Positions 20,455 to 29,861 of a DNA stretch of 64,000 nt are shown here, piece by piece. Location of the stretch: assembly GCA_910579785.1 (NCBI GenBank), contig CAJTVJ010000003.1, positions 3,702 through 67,701 of the forward strand, written 5' to 3'. Made by a program: the position numbers and the translations under genes. The DNA is from an uncultured Christensenella sp. (GTDB lineage: Bacteria; Bacillota; Clostridia; Christensenellales; UBA3700). The notes under the pieces are model-generated. The model did no database searches. It was not told the origin of the DNA and saw only the letters and a program-made list of their open reading frames with translations. How positions within the stretch are numbered: the first letter of the stretch is position 1; every line of letters begins with the position of its first letter.

Positions 20455-21540
20455 ATGAAAAAGAATAATAAGTTTTTAGAGTTTTTAATTGTTTTGATAT
20501 ACGGCGTTTTTGCGATTACTATCGTATTGCCTATGATAGTTACAGCAATAATTTTTAAATTTGTATTCGGCAGAAGAGTGCGCAAGACATTGCATCATCT
20601 GACGCTTGAAGATTATCCCAATCTAGACGCGTATCCCGTCAATTTTAAAAGCGGGAAAAACCAGCTTGCGGCATACTTTATTGTCGATAAGTCTGTCACG
20701 CAATATAAGGCTGTCATGATAGTGGCTCACGGTATAGGATGTTCAAGGGCAGGATATCTCAACAGATACGATTACTTTGCAAGACAAGGATATATCGTGT
20801 TCGGTTTTGACTGTACGGGCACTTTTGAAAGTCAAGGTAAGGGCTTAAAAGGTCTTACGCAATCGCAAGTCGATATGGACAACGCTATCAAATATCTTGA
20901 CACTCTTTCGCAGCTCAAAGAGTATAAACTGCTTGCTTACGGTCACAGTTGGGGCGGTTACGGACTTGCGACGGAGCTTAATTGTCCTAATGCGCAAAAG
21001 CTTACTGCCGCGGCGACTCTGTCGGGCTTCAACGATATATGGGGAATATGTAAATATCAGATGACGAGATACGCAGGCAAAGCCGTCGTATTGGTAAAAC
21101 CATGGACGTATCTGCATTATTTTTTGCTGTACGGCAAGAAGGCTATGTACAAGGGGATAAAGGGTGTAAGCGCATTTAATAAGCCTGTGCTTGTCATGCA
21201 CAGCACGGACGACAAGACGGTGCCGTATGAGAGTTCGGTTGCGATACATAAAGATAAAAACACCAATCCGTATGCGCGCTTTGTCATATACGACGACAGA
21301 GGGCATACACTTTCCCGTCCGCCTGAGGTTGAGCAAAAGATAAGGGAGTTGCACAACGGCAAGAAGACTAATCTTAAACTTGGGGACAGCAATATTTTTG
21401 AATACAACGTCAATGTGGGATATGAATATTGCGATAGACTGACCGTCTTTGAAATCGACGAAAAGTTTATGGACGAAGTCAATTCTTTCTTTGAAGAAGT
21501 GCTTGACAAGGAAAAAGCAGCGACCTTGCAAAATGAATAG
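20455..21540 (+). CDS. Membrane-anchored alpha/beta-fold serine hydrolase
   Basis: N-terminal TM helix, GHSWGG nucleophile elbow, and downstream HSTDD and GHT (candidate Asp/His). Confidence 0.75.
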   Translation: MKKNNKFLEFLIVLIYGVFAITIVLPMIVTAIIFKFVFGRRVRKTLHHLTLEDYPNLDAYPVNFKSGKNQLAAYFIVDKSVTQYKAVMIVAHGIGCSRAGYLNRYDYFARQGYIVFGFDCTGTFESQGKGLKGLTQSQVDMDNAIKYLDTLSQLKEYKLLAYGHSWGGYGLATELNCPNAQKLTAAATLSGFNDIWGICKYQMTRYAGKAVVLVKPWTYLHYFLLYGKKAMYKGIKGVSAFNKPVLVMHSTDDKTVPYESSVAIHKDKNTNPYARFVIYDDRGHTLSRPPEVEQKIRELHNGKKTNLKLGDSNIFEYNVNVGYEYCDRLTVFEIDEKFMDEVNSFFEEVLDKEKAATLQNE

Positions 21541-22003
21541 GCAAATTAAGATATATCTTATAGAATACGTTGATATTGCCAAGGCAAAGCAGGCGATATT
21601 GCAGACGTATTCGCAAGAGCACGACGGCATGCGATACAGCATTGACCATGCAGACAAAGGCAGACCGTTGCTTAAAAGGGAAGGTGAGAGATACGGAGAA
21701 ATATCCGTGAGTCATACTGCGAATATGCTGGCTATTGCATTTTCTGATATGCCGATAGGCATAGACTTGGAGAAAAGAGACAGAGAGATTGATAAAAGGG
21801 TGTGCGATAGTATAGAGCATTGGACAAGATACGAGGCATACGGCAAATGGTTGGGCGAGGGTATAAGCAGAAAACTTTTGAAAGGGCAGCTTCCGGATAA
21901 GTTATTGCGTACGCGTATTATCAATGGTTGTTATCTCAGCATTTGCAGCGAGTCGGACGAGCCCGACAGCATTACAATAATTGACAATAAAAAAATATTA
22001 TGA
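21533..22003 (+). CDS. Sfp-type 4'-phosphopantetheinyl transferase
   Basis: KGRPLL, SVSHT, GIDLE and WTRYEAYGKW motifs. The ATG overlaps the hydrolase stop (ATGAATAG). Confidence 0.75.
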   Translation: MNRQIKIYLIEYVDIAKAKQAILQTYSQEHDGMRYSIDHADKGRPLLKREGERYGEISVSHTANMLAIAFSDMPIGIDLEKRDREIDKRVCDSIEHWTRYEAYGKWLGEGISRKLLKGQLPDKLLRTRIINGCYLSICSESDEPDSITIIDNKKIL

Positions 22004-22052
22004 TATAATTAACAAAGAATTCAAGACGACTTAGGTCAAGGCGGAGGACAAT

Positions 22053-22280
22053 ATGATATTAGAAAAGTTGAGTAAAATAATAGCAGATCAGCTCAATATG
22101 GAGCAGAAAGAAATTACAGAGGCGACGTTGCTTAAAGAAGATTTGAATGCAGACTCGCTTGACATTGTGGAAATAATAATGTCGATTGAAGAAGAGTTCG
22201 GCGTTCAGGTAGACGACGATGACGCACTTGGATTTAAGACGGTCGGAGACGTAGTTGGATATATCGAAAAGTTGGTATAA
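22053..22280 (+). CDS. acpP: Acyl carrier protein
   Basis: 75 aa with the LNADSLDIVE phosphopantetheine-serine motif. GGAGGA RBS. Confidence 0.85.
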   Translation: MILEKLSKIIADQLNMEQKEITEATLLKEDLNADSLDIVEIIMSIEEEFGVQVDDDDALGFKTVGDVVGYIEKLV

Positions 22281-22285
22281 GATTA

Positions 22286-22322
22286 AAGGACGGCAATTGA
22301 ATTTTTACCGTCCTTATTTTTT
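22286..22322 (+). terminator. Intrinsic terminator after the ACP gene
   Basis: AAGGACGG-loop-CCGTCCTT followed by ATTTTTT. Confidence 0.85.
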
Positions 22323-22547
22323 AAATTCCAGCATATGAAAAATAAAGTCGGATACATTATATGTTGCGGCAATTGCAGTATTTATATTTTTGTTGGTAGG
22401 GTGGTTTTGATTTCTAATAATGACGTTTGAATTTTTCTTGAAGATGAAAACGGGAAATGTAGTGTATCAGATTATTTGCCTATTTGTGTCGAGGCTGTAA
22501 TCTAAAAAATATTATGTAAATCCATTTGGTTAAGAGGAATAGGTGTA

Positions 22548-23336
22548 ATGAAACAATACGTTGTCGACGTTTTTGCGGATCAAAATTTTAAAGGCAACCA
22601 AGCTGCGGTATGTATTTTTGATAGCTGGATTAGCGATGAGCTTATGCAAAATATAGCAAAAGAAAACAACTTTTCAGAGACGGCATTTGCAGTAATGAAT
22701 GGAGAAAATTACGAATTGCGTTGGTTTACGCCAAATGGGGAAATTGATTTTTGCGGACATGCTACGATAGGAACTGCTTATGTAATAAATAGATTTTATG
22801 ATACAAACCGCAATACCATCAAATTTATTACAGCGCATGGAGAATTGCTGCTAAATATAAAAGACGGAATAGTAAATATGACAGCTAAGGCATATCCGTT
22901 GAATGAGGTCGCGATTACATCTGAAATGATTGATGCAATAGGCGTAGTTCCGCAAGCGGCTTATAAGTCTAGGGATTTAATGTTTGTCTTAAAATCTCAG
23001 AATGAGGTGAAAAATCTCAATTTCAATACTCAACTACTTAAAAAACTAGATGCAGTATGTGTGGCAGTCACTGCAAAAGGGGATAGTTTTGACTGTGTAT
23101 CTCGGGTTTTTGCTCCTCAATTAGACGTCATTGAAGATTCGGTTACGGGCTCTACGCATTGTATGATTGCGCCTTATTGGGCAAATGTGTTGAATAAAAA
23201 TAAATTGATAGCTTATCAAGCGTCTGATAGAAGCGGAATAATATATGCCAAAGTTGAAGGTGACATAGTAAATATTGCGGGAAAAGTCGTATTGTATAGC
23301 ATTGCGGATATATTGCCAGACGGTAAGTTGTTCTAA
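22548..23336 (+). CDS. PhzF-family isomerase-like protein
   Basis: VDVFADQNFKGNQAAV...NFSETAF...FCGHATIG pattern; 262 aa. Confidence 0.8.
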   Translation: MKQYVVDVFADQNFKGNQAAVCIFDSWISDELMQNIAKENNFSETAFAVMNGENYELRWFTPNGEIDFCGHATIGTAYVINRFYDTNRNTIKFITAHGELLLNIKDGIVNMTAKAYPLNEVAITSEMIDAIGVVPQAAYKSRDLMFVLKSQNEVKNLNFNTQLLKKLDAVCVAVTAKGDSFDCVSRVFAPQLDVIEDSVTGSTHCMIAPYWANVLNKNKLIAYQASDRSGIIYAKVEGDIVNIAGKVVLYSIADILPDGKLF

Positions 23337-23373
23337 CAGCATAGTCTAACATACGTAAATAATAATCAAAAAT

Positions 23374-23955
23374 TTAATTCAGCGGGAGTGCGCCTTTTCC
23401 CGTACCGGAATCGAATAAAGTCCCAATGACAGCAAGTGCAAATAAAAGTATAACGAATAACAATAAGAACGCATCCTTTATTTTGTCTTCTTTTGTTGGT
23501 TTTTTTCTGCGACTGTTTTTTTGCGTAGCATTTTTGTAGCTTATAAAGATATGGCTTGAAGCAAACAAAATTGAAAAAGCTATCAATGGCACGTATGCCA
23601 ATACTATTGCGCTGAATAAAAATATGCATGACGGAATTATCGAAAGCGATAATGCTTTTAATTTTCCGTTTTGTCTCCAACATATTATCCAAAAAATTAA
23701 ATATGCAAGACACAGACTGCCGTTGACGGACAGATATACGATAAGCGCGCTATCAAACCAAAAATTAAAATACGTATATGGGATATTGAATATCATCAGA
23801 ATAAAACAACCGTATCTCCCTATTTGTTCGGCAATGACGATTTTTTTGTTTGTATAGGTGGGCGCGACGTCATTTTTGTGCTTTATGGCGTATATTATAT
23901 TGGGTATCAATATTATTGCCATAATGGCAAGTCCGTAATAGTTAAACCAACTCAT
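23374..23955 (-). CDS. Integral membrane protein of unknown function (5-6 TM)
   Basis: Hydrophobic segments run throughout. I recognise no motif. Confidence 0.6.
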   Translation of the reverse strand: MSWFNYYGLAIMAIILIPNIIYAIKHKNDVAPTYTNKKIVIAEQIGRYGCFILMIFNIPYTYFNFWFDSALIVYLSVNGSLCLAYLIFWIICWRQNGKLKALSLSIIPSCIFLFSAIVLAYVPLIAFSILFASSHIFISYKNATQKNSRRKKPTKEDKIKDAFLLLFVILLFALAVIGTLFDSGTGKGALPLN

Positions 23956-23961
23956 AGAGAT

Positions 23962-23990
23962 ATTATATCAAAGACGTATTACTTTTTCAA
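23962..23990 (-). promoter_or_regulatory. Near-consensus promoter in leaderless geometry
   Basis: On the minus strand: TTGAAA, 17-nt spacer, TGaTATAAT. The -10 ends 6 nt before the ATG at 23955 and there is no SD. Confidence 0.65.
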
Positions 23991-24023
23991 CCATATAAAT
24001 TCAAATCAATGTGAAATATAAAT

Positions 24024-24054
24024 ACGCGCCGCTGAAATTCATTCGGCGGCGCGT
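24024..24054 (-). terminator. Intrinsic terminator after leuB
   Basis: GC-rich stem ACGCGCCGC(C/T)GAA / TTC(A/G)GCGGCGCGT with T-rich tails on both strands. Confidence 0.7.
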
Positions 24055-24065
24055 GTGTTTTTAAG

Positions 24066-25130
24066 TTAGATGTTTTTGATTATCAAATCCGTCATTTCCC
24101 TGGTGCCAAGCACTTCTTTGCCCTCTTCTTTTAGGTCTGCCGTTCTTGCTCCGCTATTCAAAGCTTTTTCGACAGCGTTCTCTATTGCGTCGCCCTCTTC
24201 CATAAGGTTGAAGGCATATTTAAGCATCATAGCAGCCGACAGGATAGTTGCTATCGGATTGGCGATATTCTTACCTGCGATTGTCGGGGCAGAGCCGTGG
24301 ATAGGCTCGTATAGACCTCTCGTTGTCTCATTGATAGAAGCCGACGGAAGTATTCCGATACTTCCCACGCATTGGGAGGCAAGGTCAGAGAGTATGTCGC
24401 CGAATAAGTTGCCTGTGACCACCACGTCAAACTGCGACGGCTCTCTTACGAGTTGCATCGCCATATTGTCGACGAGTACGTCTTCCAATTCCACGTCGGG
24501 ATAGTCTTCGTGTATGCTGTGCACTACCTGTCTCCATACGCCCGAAGTTTTCAGCACGTTGGCTTTGTCTACGGAAGACACCTTACCGCGTCTCTTTTGC
24601 GCAAGTTCAAATGCGGTGCGGCATATTCTCTCTATCTCCAATTCGCCGTAAGCCATCACGTCGTAGCCCTCTCTTCCCATCTTGCCGTTGCGCACGCCTT
24701 TTTCGCCGAAATATATTCCGCCGATAAGTTCTCTCACGACCATGATATCGATATTCTTTGGATTTTTGAGCGGACACACGCTTTTGAGCGCGTCAAACAT
24801 CTTTGCCGGACGAAGGTTGGCATACAGTTCCATAGCCTTTCTCACGCCCAACAACGCTCTTTCAGGGCGTAATTCATACGGCAGATTGTCATACTGCGGA
24901 CCGCCAACTGCGCCGAGCAATACGCTGTCGCTTGCAAGACATATGTCAAGGCTCTCCTTTGGCAAAGGCTCGCCGTATTTGTCGTATGCGCAGCCGCCGC
25001 ATATGCTTTGAGTGAAGTTGAATTTGTGTCCGTATCTCTCGCCAATTTTTGTCAACACGTTCATTGCAGCCGTCGTGACTTCGGGACCAATGCCGTCGCC
25101 CTGAATGACCGCTATATTAAAGGTACTCAT
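24066..25130 (-). CDS. leuB: 3-isopropylmalate dehydrogenase
   Basis: IAVIQGDGIGPEV, NLFGDILSD and HGSAP motifs. Confidence 0.95.
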   Translation of the reverse strand: MSTFNIAVIQGDGIGPEVTTAAMNVLTKIGERYGHKFNFTQSICGGCAYDKYGEPLPKESLDICLASDSVLLGAVGGPQYDNLPYELRPERALLGVRKAMELYANLRPAKMFDALKSVCPLKNPKNIDIMVVRELIGGIYFGEKGVRNGKMGREGYDVMAYGELEIERICRTAFELAQKRRGKVSSVDKANVLKTSGVWRQVVHSIHEDYPDVELEDVLVDNMAMQLVREPSQFDVVVTGNLFGDILSDLASQCVGSIGILPSASINETTRGLYEPIHGSAPTIAGKNIANPIATILSAAMMLKYAFNLMEEGDAIENAVEKALNSGARTADLKEEGKEVLGTREMTDLIIKNI

Positions 25131-25144
25131 TTTGTTTACTCCTA

Positions 25145-25633
25145 TTATATCTTATTTGCTTTGATTGCGTTGATAAGTCCGCCGCATTCAATTATGTTTT
25201 GTATAAATTTGGGGAAGGGCTGCGCCTTGTACGTTGCGCCGCTCGTCACATTGGTTATGACGCCAGTGTCTACGTCTACGCTCACTTCGTCGCCCTGATT
25301 TATGCCGTCGACTGCGTCGGGGCATTCCAATATATACAGACCTATGTTGAGGGCATTGCGGTAGAATATTCTTGCAAAAGACTTGGCTATTACGATAGAC
25401 ACGCCGCATCCTTTGATGGCAATAGGCGCGTGTTCTCTTGAAGAGCCGCACCCAAAATTCTTGCCTGCGACGACGATGTCGCCGGGTTTGACTTCGTCAT
25501 AAAATTCCGGATTGGTGTATTCCATGCAATGCTTTGCAAGTTGTTTTTCGTCAAAAGTGGACAGATACGTTGCCGGTACAATTATATCTGTATCTATGTC
25601 GTCTCCGAATTTAAATACTTTTCCTTTAAGCAT
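25145..25633 (-). CDS. leuD: 3-isopropylmalate dehydratase small subunit (short type)
   Basis: 162 aa with [13 protein letters not shown]. Confidence 0.9.
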   Translation of the reverse strand: MLKGKVFKFGDDIDTDIIVPATYLSTFDEKQLAKHCMEYTNPEFYDEVKPGDIVVAGKNFGCGSSREHAPIAIKGCGVSIVIAKSFARIFYRNALNIGLYILECPDAVDGINQGDEVSVDVDTGVITNVTSGATYKAQPFPKFIQNIIECGGLINAIKANKI

Positions 25634-25636
25634 AAA

Positions 25637-26914
25637 TCAAATCTCCTTTTCGCACGCAAGTTTTCCTGCGATTGCGCTTGCCATAGCAGTTGCAGGTGAC
25701 GCTAGGTATATATAGCTGTCCTTTGCTCCCATTCTGCCGATGAAGTTACGGTTGGTGGTCGTCACTGCGACTTCGCCGCTTGCGAGAATGCCCATATGTC
25801 CGCCAAGACAAGGTCCGCAAGTCGGGGTAGATACGATCGCGCCGCCTTCGATAAAGGTCTTGATATATCCCTTTTCCATTGCCTCTAAATATATTTTGTT
25901 GGTCGCGGGAATGATTATGGTGCGCACGTTGGGGTCTACCTTCTTGCCTTTAAGCACTCTTGCCGCTGCTTCTAAGTCGCTGAGTCTGCCGTTGGTGCAA
26001 GACCCTATTATGACTTGGTCTATCTTTATTTCTTCTTTTACGTCTTCGACAGCTTTTGTATTGGAAGGCAAATGCGGAAAAGCCACGGTGGGCTTGATTT
26101 GCGAAAGGTCGATATCTATCACCTGTTCGTACGCCTCGTCTTCGCCTGCCTGCATAGTGTCAAAAGTCATGCCGCAGGTATCTTTGACGTAAGCCTGTGT
26201 GATTTCGTCGACGGGGAACACTCCGTTTTTTGCGCCGCATTCTATTGCCATATTGCATATGGTAAATCTGTCGTCCATCGTCATATATTTGATACCTTCA
26301 CCGTCAAATTCGATAGACTTATAAAGCGCGCCGTCCACGCCTATCATGCCGATTATATGAAGTATGACGTCTTTGCCCGATATGTATTTGCTGGGTTTGC
26401 CGATTAGATTGAACTTGATTGCAGAGGGCACTTTGAGCCATACTTTGCCAGACAGCATTATGCCTGCGATGTCTGTGCTTCCCACGCCCGTGGAGAAAGC
26501 TCCGAGTGCGCCGTAAGTGCACGTATGCGAGTCTGCGCCTATTATCACCGACCAAGGCTTGGCAATACCTTTTTCCGGCAAAAGCGCGTGTTCGATGCCC
26601 ATGCTGCCCACGTCAAAGAAATTTTTGACGCCCTCTTTTCTTGCGAATGCGCGTACGCATTTGCATTGTTCCGCCGATTTGATATCCCTGTTGGGGGTGA
26701 AGTGATCGAGTACGAAGGTCACTTTGTCGGCGTCGTAAAGCTTACCGCCGCTCTTATTGAATACGTCGATAGCCACCGGTGCGGTGACATCGTTAGAAAG
26801 TGCGGTGTCCACTTCCACAAGTGTAAGCGTGCCGGCTGACAAAGAAGCGACGGCGTCCTCATAGGACATGCCGAGTTTTTTTGCCAAAATTTTTTGAGTC
26901 ATTGTCAATTTCAT
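25637..26914 (-). CDS. leuC: 3-isopropylmalate dehydratase large subunit (aconitase family, short type)
   Basis: GADSHT, GSCTNGR and CGPCLG Fe-S ligand motifs. GGAGGA RBS. Confidence 0.9.
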   Translation of the reverse strand: MKLTMTQKILAKKLGMSYEDAVASLSAGTLTLVEVDTALSNDVTAPVAIDVFNKSGGKLYDADKVTFVLDHFTPNRDIKSAEQCKCVRAFARKEGVKNFFDVGSMGIEHALLPEKGIAKPWSVIIGADSHTCTYGALGAFSTGVGSTDIAGIMLSGKVWLKVPSAIKFNLIGKPSKYISGKDVILHIIGMIGVDGALYKSIEFDGEGIKYMTMDDRFTICNMAIECGAKNGVFPVDEITQAYVKDTCGMTFDTMQAGEDEAYEQVIDIDLSQIKPTVAFPHLPSNTKAVEDVKEEIKIDQVIIGSCTNGRLSDLEAAARVLKGKKVDPNVRTIIIPATNKIYLEAMEKGYIKTFIEGGAIVSTPTCGPCLGGHMGILASGEVAVTTTNRNFIGRMGAKDSYIYLASPATAMASAIAGKLACEKEI

Positions 26915-26992
26915 AGCAAATCCTCCTATATGCGTTAAAATAAATTTCGATAGATAGTTGCGGCGATACGTTGGTACTATGACCGCCGTACG

Positions 26993-28744
26993 TCAATGTC
27001 TGTATGCGTTCTTTTTGTTTTTTGCCACAGTTATTATGACGACTGTCGCAATGATAGCCAGCACCACGAAAGGCACGGTTATCGCCAATGCGAGCTGCCA
27101 TGAAGTGAGGCTTGACGCGTCGACGTTTTCCGTCCTTACGTATGCCGTCTTGCCTTGATAATATACGGCGGTCCATTGACTTTTTTTGTTGAATTTCTCT
27201 CTTAGATACACGCTGCTGCCTTCGGGAAGTTCTGCGACTTTGATAGCGTCCTCTTGGTTTTCAAAAGGCAGGGCATACAGAGTTATGTATTCTCCCAGCT
27301 TTTTGTTGGTCAACTTGACCGACTTTGACAGAGAAGGAGCGGTGAGCTGAGTATAAGGCGCGAGGTTTTGCTGTCTCACGTATCCATATTGAGTCACGCC
27401 GTTTTCGTCAACGAAGCCCACTTTATACCAGCCCCAAGAAAAGTCGCCGTCCTGTCCGACGTTGTCTATCACGACAAGTTGGTCAAATACAGTCGCGTCG
27501 GTGAGCTTGATATTATTCTTATCGTTGTTGTTGATGAAGGGATATTTGTATATCGGCGTATTTTGGTGCAATACTCCTGCATATTCGCCCAGCGCGCCGT
27601 TGTCGGCAGGACATAGCACTACGGAAGATTCCGCTTTGATATATCCGTATATTTTTTTGCCGTCGGCATTATTCTCATAATATACGTAGATAAAGTTGTC
27701 GTGCTGGCTTAGCGCAATAAAGTATGAATTTGCAGGTAGAACGTTGACTCTTTGCAGATGTCTCGGAGAAGAATACATTGTCACGTCGGACAGGCTCTTA
27801 TAGAGTTTGACAAGGTCGTATTCGGACGGATGTTGATATACCGTGTCGTCAAAACAGCCGTAATATTCCAGCTTGCCGTCGACGTATTCATAGAGATTGA
27901 CAGAGTTGACGGCTGACTTGGCATATACGTAGTTGAGACCTGCCTTTTCGTCATATGCCGAGCAAATTCTGCCGTTGCCGTTAAGTCCTTCGGATAGAAG
28001 CTGTGACGCAGTGCCGTTTTGGTATTTATAGATGCCGCTTGCGCTCATAAGCAGCACGTCGCCGTTTACTTCGCTTATTCCTATGTATTCTCCGCTGAGT
28101 TTAAAGAACTTTGAAAGGTCTGAATAATAAAAATTCTGTTCGTCAATGGCGTATAGGTCGCCGTCGATGAGACAATATAGCGTAGATGACGTGACTGCAA
28201 AATCCTGCACGTCTTTATATGCGCCGTTGTCAAGACCTGTGTTGGAGTTGAAATACGACGGAGCTTTATCAGTGCTGCCTATCATGATGGAGTTGACTTT
28301 GTTGGAATCTATCGCAAAGAAATCTCCGTTGTCATCGGCATACAGACCCACGAGATGTTTTAAAATGTTGCTGTCGGAAGAATAGCTGTAATTTATCTTA
28401 GCGATACGCATGTCGTTGTATTCGTATGCCCAGACAAATTTATCTTCGCCTTTTCTCCCAAGGAGCAAAATATGCGACGCGTTGACGGCGATGTCTATAA
28501 ATTCGTCGAATTGACTTTTTTCTTCATAGCTGAGAAGTTTGTTGTTTTTGGCAAGAAATACCGTTTTGCCGTTGGTGTATGCAAATACGTCGCCGTATGC
28601 CGCAAGCAGACTTGCGTCGTTGAGCGAGACCTGTACGTCTACATTCTCGGCGTATGCAGGCGCATGCGAATGAAAAATACCCACGCAAGCGAGTACCGAT
28701 ACTATGCAAATTATCAACAATAAACACTGCCAACTCTTTTTCAT
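26993..28744 (-). CDS. Secreted, C-terminally membrane-anchored protein with two SH3b-like repeats
   Basis: Signal peptide MKKSWQCLLLIICIVSVLACVG...AYA. Two ~65-aa repeats end in GYVRQQNL and AYVRTENV. A C-terminal TM helix is followed by KNKKNAYRH. Confidence 0.65.
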   Translation of the reverse strand: MKKSWQCLLLIICIVSVLACVGIFHSHAPAYAENVDVQVSLNDASLLAAYGDVFAYTNGKTVFLAKNNKLLSYEEKSQFDEFIDIAVNASHILLLGRKGEDKFVWAYEYNDMRIAKINYSYSSDSNILKHLVGLYADDNGDFFAIDSNKVNSIMIGSTDKAPSYFNSNTGLDNGAYKDVQDFAVTSSTLYCLIDGDLYAIDEQNFYYSDLSKFFKLSGEYIGISEVNGDVLLMSASGIYKYQNGTASQLLSEGLNGNGRICSAYDEKAGLNYVYAKSAVNSVNLYEYVDGKLEYYGCFDDTVYQHPSEYDLVKLYKSLSDVTMYSSPRHLQRVNVLPANSYFIALSQHDNFIYVYYENNADGKKIYGYIKAESSVVLCPADNGALGEYAGVLHQNTPIYKYPFINNNDKNNIKLTDATVFDQLVVIDNVGQDGDFSWGWYKVGFVDENGVTQYGYVRQQNLAPYTQLTAPSLSKSVKLTNKKLGEYITLYALPFENQEDAIKVAELPEGSSVYLREKFNKKSQWTAVYYQGKTAYVRTENVDASSLTSWQLALAITVPFVVLAIIATVVIITVAKNKKNAYRH

Positions 28745-28750
28745 AAGAGT

Positions 28751-28759
28751 ATTATAGCA
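28751..28759 (-). promoter_or_regulatory. Extended -10 box in leaderless geometry
   Basis: On the minus strand: TGcTATAAT, ending 6 nt before the ATG at 28744. There is no SD and the -35 is weak. Confidence 0.5.
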
Positions 28760-28821
28760 CACTATAATAAAAAAATAAAACAAAAAAATATAGCTTTGTT
28801 AATAAATATAATGGATAAAGA

Positions 28822-28850
28822 TTGAAAAAATCAAACGAATATGCTAGAAT
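28822..28850 (+). promoter_or_regulatory. Promoter of the WG-repeat gene and cdd
   Basis: TTGAAA, 17-nt spacer, TGcTAGAAT. The TTG used as the ORF-track start is this -35 box. Confidence 0.6.
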
Positions 28851-28881
28851 ATATTTGAAAATCACATTACGCAAGGAATTT

Positions 28882-29841
28882 ATGTCAAAAAACAAGCCTT
28901 ATTATAGGAACAGAAACAAAAATAGAAACGAGGACTTTGCTCAAAAGCAAGCCGCAGTCTTAGCAAGCGGCGCTAAGAGCGAAGACTTGTTGCGCCCGAT
29001 AGAAGATCTTCAATTAAGCGAAGCTACGTATAATGCGCTTAAAGCAGGCAGGGTGTCGAAGATAGCCGACCTTGCTTGCAGGACTTTCCGTCAGATGTAC
29101 AAGATACAGAATATCGGCAAGAAGAATTGCATAGAGATATCAAAGGCTATGGCAAAGTTTGGGGCATCTTTTGCGCCTGACGCAGAGGACAACGCGCCCA
29201 AGAATAACAATGCGGACAGAAATGCCAAAGAAAACAACGGACAGGGCGGCAATCAGAAAAATTGGCAAAACCAAAACCAAAGAGCAGGTCAAAAGGGCGA
29301 GCGCAGAGAAGAACGCAATAAATGCAAAAAGAATGAGAATGACAATCTCAACGATTATCTGTCAAGACAGTATGCAGGTATGAGTTTGGCAGAGATACTC
29401 ATGGGCAGAAGAGAGAGACCTGCCGTTGAGAAGATAGAAAGACCGCCTCTCACGGAGAAGAGCCTTGTCAAGTTTTGCAGAAAAGGCAAATGGGGCTATA
29501 AGGATTGGAAGGGCAACGTAATAGTGCCGCCGTCTTATGAAGAGGCGTTCGGCTTTTTTGAAGAGAGAGCGTGTGTAGAGAAAGACGGCAAATTGGGATA
29601 TATCGACAGGGAGAACAATCTCGTAATTGATTATAAGTACGATTGCGCAACGTCGTTTGCAGAGGGACTTGCGTCTGTCACCGTGGGAGAGAAGACGGGG
29701 TATATAGACCAAGACGGCAATCAGGTAGTAGATTTTATATACGACATTGCCACGCCTTTTTCCGACGGCAAGGCGATAGTCAAGCTTGACGGCAGATGGG
29801 GAGTGTTGAGCAGAGAAGACCTCAGCGTCTTTTGGAGATAA
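28882..29841 (+). CDS. Protein with an RNAP-alpha-CTD-like HhH domain, a low-complexity N/Q/K/E linker and C-terminal WG (KWG-type) repeats
   Basis: IEDLQLSEATYNALKAGRVSKIADL...IQNIGKKNCIEI parallels the rpoA CTD in this same window. It has 4 repeats of the form G(Y/K)ID..G..V(I/V)...Y. Confidence 0.7.
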   Translation: MSKNKPYYRNRNKNRNEDFAQKQAAVLASGAKSEDLLRPIEDLQLSEATYNALKAGRVSKIADLACRTFRQMYKIQNIGKKNCIEISKAMAKFGASFAPDAEDNAPKNNNADRNAKENNGQGGNQKNWQNQNQRAGQKGERREERNKCKKNENDNLNDYLSRQYAGMSLAEILMGRRERPAVEKIERPPLTEKSLVKFCRKGKWGYKDWKGNVIVPPSYEEAFGFFEERACVEKDGKLGYIDRENNLVIDYKYDCATSFAEGLASVTVGEKTGYIDQDGNQVVDFIYDIATPFSDGKAIVKLDGRWGVLSREDLSVFWR

Positions 29842-29861
29842 CAAAACGGAGGAATAACACT

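Noticed and set aside
20845-21657. A 270-aa ORF lies on the minus strand.
   Set aside because: It is antisense to the hydrolase and PPTase genes and has no start-site signals.
22335-22430. A 31-codon hydrophobic, Cys-containing ORF (MKNKVGYIICCGNCSIYIFVGRVVLISNNDV) lies in the gap upstream of the PhzF-like gene.
   Set aside because: It has no RBS and no promoter-geometry support, and the region is AT-rich so short ORFs arise by chance. I could not support it.
26915-26992. I looked for a T-box or leucine leader upstream of leuC.
   Set aside because: Only 78 nt are available. They contain no specifier/T-box motif and no terminator, so leuCDB may be read through from the upstream gene or from a promoter inside it.
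28822-28881. A TTG start is listed in the ORF track for the WG-repeat protein.
   Set aside because: That TTG is the first half of a TTGAAA -35 box of a good promoter, so it would not be transcribed as part of the mRNA.
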